From contig NC_092670.1 in the NCBI RefSeq assembly GCF_964355755.1, positions 34,212,388 through 34,276,387 on the forward strand: 64,000 nt of DNA. The letters run 5' to 3'. The translations under genes and the position numbers were made by a program. How positions within the stretch are numbered: position 1 is the stretch's first letter; each line of letters starts with the position of its first letter. Below, piece after piece: positions 61,779 through 64,000 of this stretch. The DNA comes from Antedon mediterranea (taxonomy: Eukaryota; Animalia; Echinodermata). A model generated the notes under the pieces. That model did not search any database. It saw only the letters and a list, made by a program, of their open reading frames with translations, and was not told the origin of the DNA.

Positions 61779-64000
61779 CTACAGAATAAAGTATTCAGGT
61801 GATTTGCTGACAGTGTGATGTGGTGTACTAGTGTAATGTGGTGTACTAGTGGGAGCTGGTGTACTAGTGGGAGCTGGTGTACTAGTGTAATGTGGTGTAC
61901 TAGTGCGAGCTGGTGTACTAGTGGGAGCTGGTATACTAGTGTAATGTGGTGTACTAGTGCGAGCTGGTGTACTAGTGGGAGCTGGTATACTAGTGTAATG
62001 TGGTGTACTAGTGCGAGCTGGTGTACTAGTGGGAGCTGGTATACTAGTGTAATGTGGTGTACTAGTGCGAGCTGGTGTACTAGTGGGAGCTGGTATACTA
62101 GTGCGAGCTGGTGTACTAGTGCGAGCTGGTGTACTAGTGCGAGCTGGTGTACTAGTGTAATGTGGTGTGCTAGTGGGAGCCGGTGTACTAGTGTAATGTG
62201 GTGTGCTAGTGGGAGCTGGTGTACTAGTGTAATGTGGTGTACTAGTGCGAGCTGGTGTACTAGTGTAATGTGGTGTACTAGTGCGAGCTGGTGTACTAGT
62301 GGGAGCTGGTATACTAGTGTAATGTGGTGTACTAGTGCGAGCTGGTGTACTAGTGGGAGCTGGTATACTAGTGTAATGTGGTGTACTAGTGCGAGCTGGT
62401 GTACTAGTGGGAGCTGGTATACTAGTGCGAGCTGGTGTACTAGTGGGAGCTGGTATACTAGTGCGAGCTGGTGTACTAGTGCGAGCTGGTGTACTAGTGT
62501 AATGTGGTGTGCTAGTGGGAGCCGGTGTACTAGTGTAATGTGGTGTGCTAGTGGGAGCTGGTGTACTAGTGTAATGTGGTGTACTAGTGCGAGCAGGTGT
62601 ACTAGTGCGAGCTGGTGTACTAGTGTAATGTGGTGTACTAGTGCGAGCTGGTGTACTAGTGTAATGTGGTGTACTAGTGCGAGCTGGTATTCTACTATGA
62701 TGAGCTTGACTTTCTGCCTGTTGTTGGTTTGTTGGGTAGTAGTTTTGATGTGTAGGTCTATGCATTGTGTGGTGGTGGTATTGTTGTGGTTGTGGCGGTG
62801 GTTGTTGTTGTTGTGGTGCAAATAACTGCATGATCTGCATCATCCTCTGATGGTCTCTCTGTCTGTCTTCTTGTCGGTTTCTTTCAGCCTCTCGCGCCAT
62901 GAGTTGCATCCAATCCCGGTGGTGTTGTGCTGATCTTTCAGAGTGCCGCATATATCTTTCTTCTGCCTCCCTGTCTTGCTTCGCCATCTCTTTTGAAAGC
63001 ATTTCAAAAGATTCCTGCAATTTTGTTTTTTTTCGCTTTCGACGGGGCTGCTCATTTCCTAACAAATTATAGAAAATAATTGTAAAAAACAGAATAAATT
63101 CCAAAATGAATGGGAAGCTGTATAGCAATGTTCCAATTTGTGTTGGAAATTATTAATTCTTCCTTATGTTGGGGTAGATTAACTTTATAACAAAAAGACA
63201 ACTTTAGGAAAACTAATAAAAGGAAGTGGATTAATTTAACCACTATTTCGTTTTGTTTTACTTAAGTTAGGTTTAGATTAGTTATTTTACTAACCTTCAT
63301 TCTCTCTAGCAAGCCTTTGTTGTTCTTGGTGAGGATTGGCCTGTCCAGGAATAGCATCGTCTTCAACATCCTGATCAGGTAGTCGTATATCATCAATGTC
63401 AGATTCCTCGTCATTTTGACTATCATCTGCAGTCACTGGTACAATTTTATAAAAAATGTTAATTTCAAAATTTTAAACTTCAGTAGAATATTATTATTAA
63501 TTTTGTGAATGAACTACAACATATTGCTCTTTTTAAAAACCATGATGACCATTGTTGAACACAAATCTAGTACTACTGTGTATGTTAATCAGGTTGCATA
63601 TTTATTTATACCGTACTTCACTAAAAATTATTTTTAAATTAAACCTTGAAAAATAAGTAAATTCTTACCAACACTATCATTCTCTTCATCAACATCTTCG
63701 ACATGTGGGCCGTCCTCATGCTGCTGTTCTTCCTCAGCTCCTATATTTATTAACACAATCCATGGAAAATAATATTGTTACTGTACATTTAGCATGATTC
63801 CTCTTTTTTAATTTATCCATGCCGAGGCTAGGCCTATAATAGGTAGGCTATAAATGCCTACTACTATAGAATAGCCTATTAGTAGGCTATATAGCTATAG
63901 GCCTAGTTATTTAATTATAAATTAAAATGTACATACCATCGGCAACTCCTACTGCCTGGTTCCTATCCATTAGATAGTGAGGGGCAGCTATGGCCCGATC
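61779..64000 (-). CDS. Harbinger second protein (probable Myb/SANT-like DNA-binding partner), C-terminal exons >64000-63937, 63740-63669, 63426-63295, 63058-61779
   Basis: Phase-1 GT-AG exons; acidic linker, NLS RRKRKK, coiled coil, Q/P/H-rich region and TSTPxx repeats. Convergent with the transposase as in Harbingers; the Myb domain is expected beyond the window (inference). Confidence 0.8.
61815..62678. repeat. Coding 18-bp minisatellite, 48 units (TSTPHY/TSTPAR/TSTPAP/TSIPAP)
   Basis: 864 bp = 48 x 18; almost every unit contains ACTAGT (a few GCTAGT); higher-order repeats visible. Confidence 0.95.

Larger units (their letters stand above)
58743..64000. mobile_element. Autonomous-type PIF/Harbinger DNA transposon; right end lies beyond the window
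   Basis: Left end GGGCCTGTTT, subterminal AAAATACGGTAT repeats, and two convergent genes (DDE transposase and a Myb/SANT-type partner). Confidence 0.88.

Noticed and set aside
61670-62825. ORFs 61670-62821 (-) and 61815-62825 (+) as separate proteins
   Set aside because: They are alternative frames kept open by the stop-free 18-bp minisatellite.

Overview
This is AT-rich, intron-rich eukaryotic DNA, most likely from a marine invertebrate deuterostome (inferred from Deu-type SINEs and gene style; echinoderm-like). Host genes: (1) part of an EGF/sushi mosaic gene built from phase-1 exons, with a tandem-duplicated sushi pair and a frameshifted last EGF exon; (2) a cathepsin B pseudogene that has lost its catalytic residues; (3) a complete 11-exon TRMT11 gene; (4) EMC2/TTC35 on the minus strand (9 small exons missed by the ORF track; first exon not found); (5) an intronless 440-aa type I membrane protein with a TATA+Inr promoter. 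Much of the rest is transposon-derived: CR1-like LINEs, a Penelope element with a hammerhead motif, Helitrons, Helentron/HINE elements (three nested inside each other), hAT-like MITEs with 5-, 6- and 8-bp TSDs, an Academ-like element, Tourist-like MITEs, Deu-SINEs, and an apparently intact PIF/Harbinger transposon whose second protein carries 48 TSTPxx repeats. Most notable: paralog comparisons show TA-CAG-TA and TA-CGG-TA insertions that look like transposon excision footprints, suggesting the TAGGCCTA-rich tracts near gene 5' ends may be accumulated excision scars. Also notable are self-nesting HINEs, ultra-short P-like palindromic elements, and tRNA-like cassettes in (TA)n tracts. All coordinates were read by eye; no searches were run.
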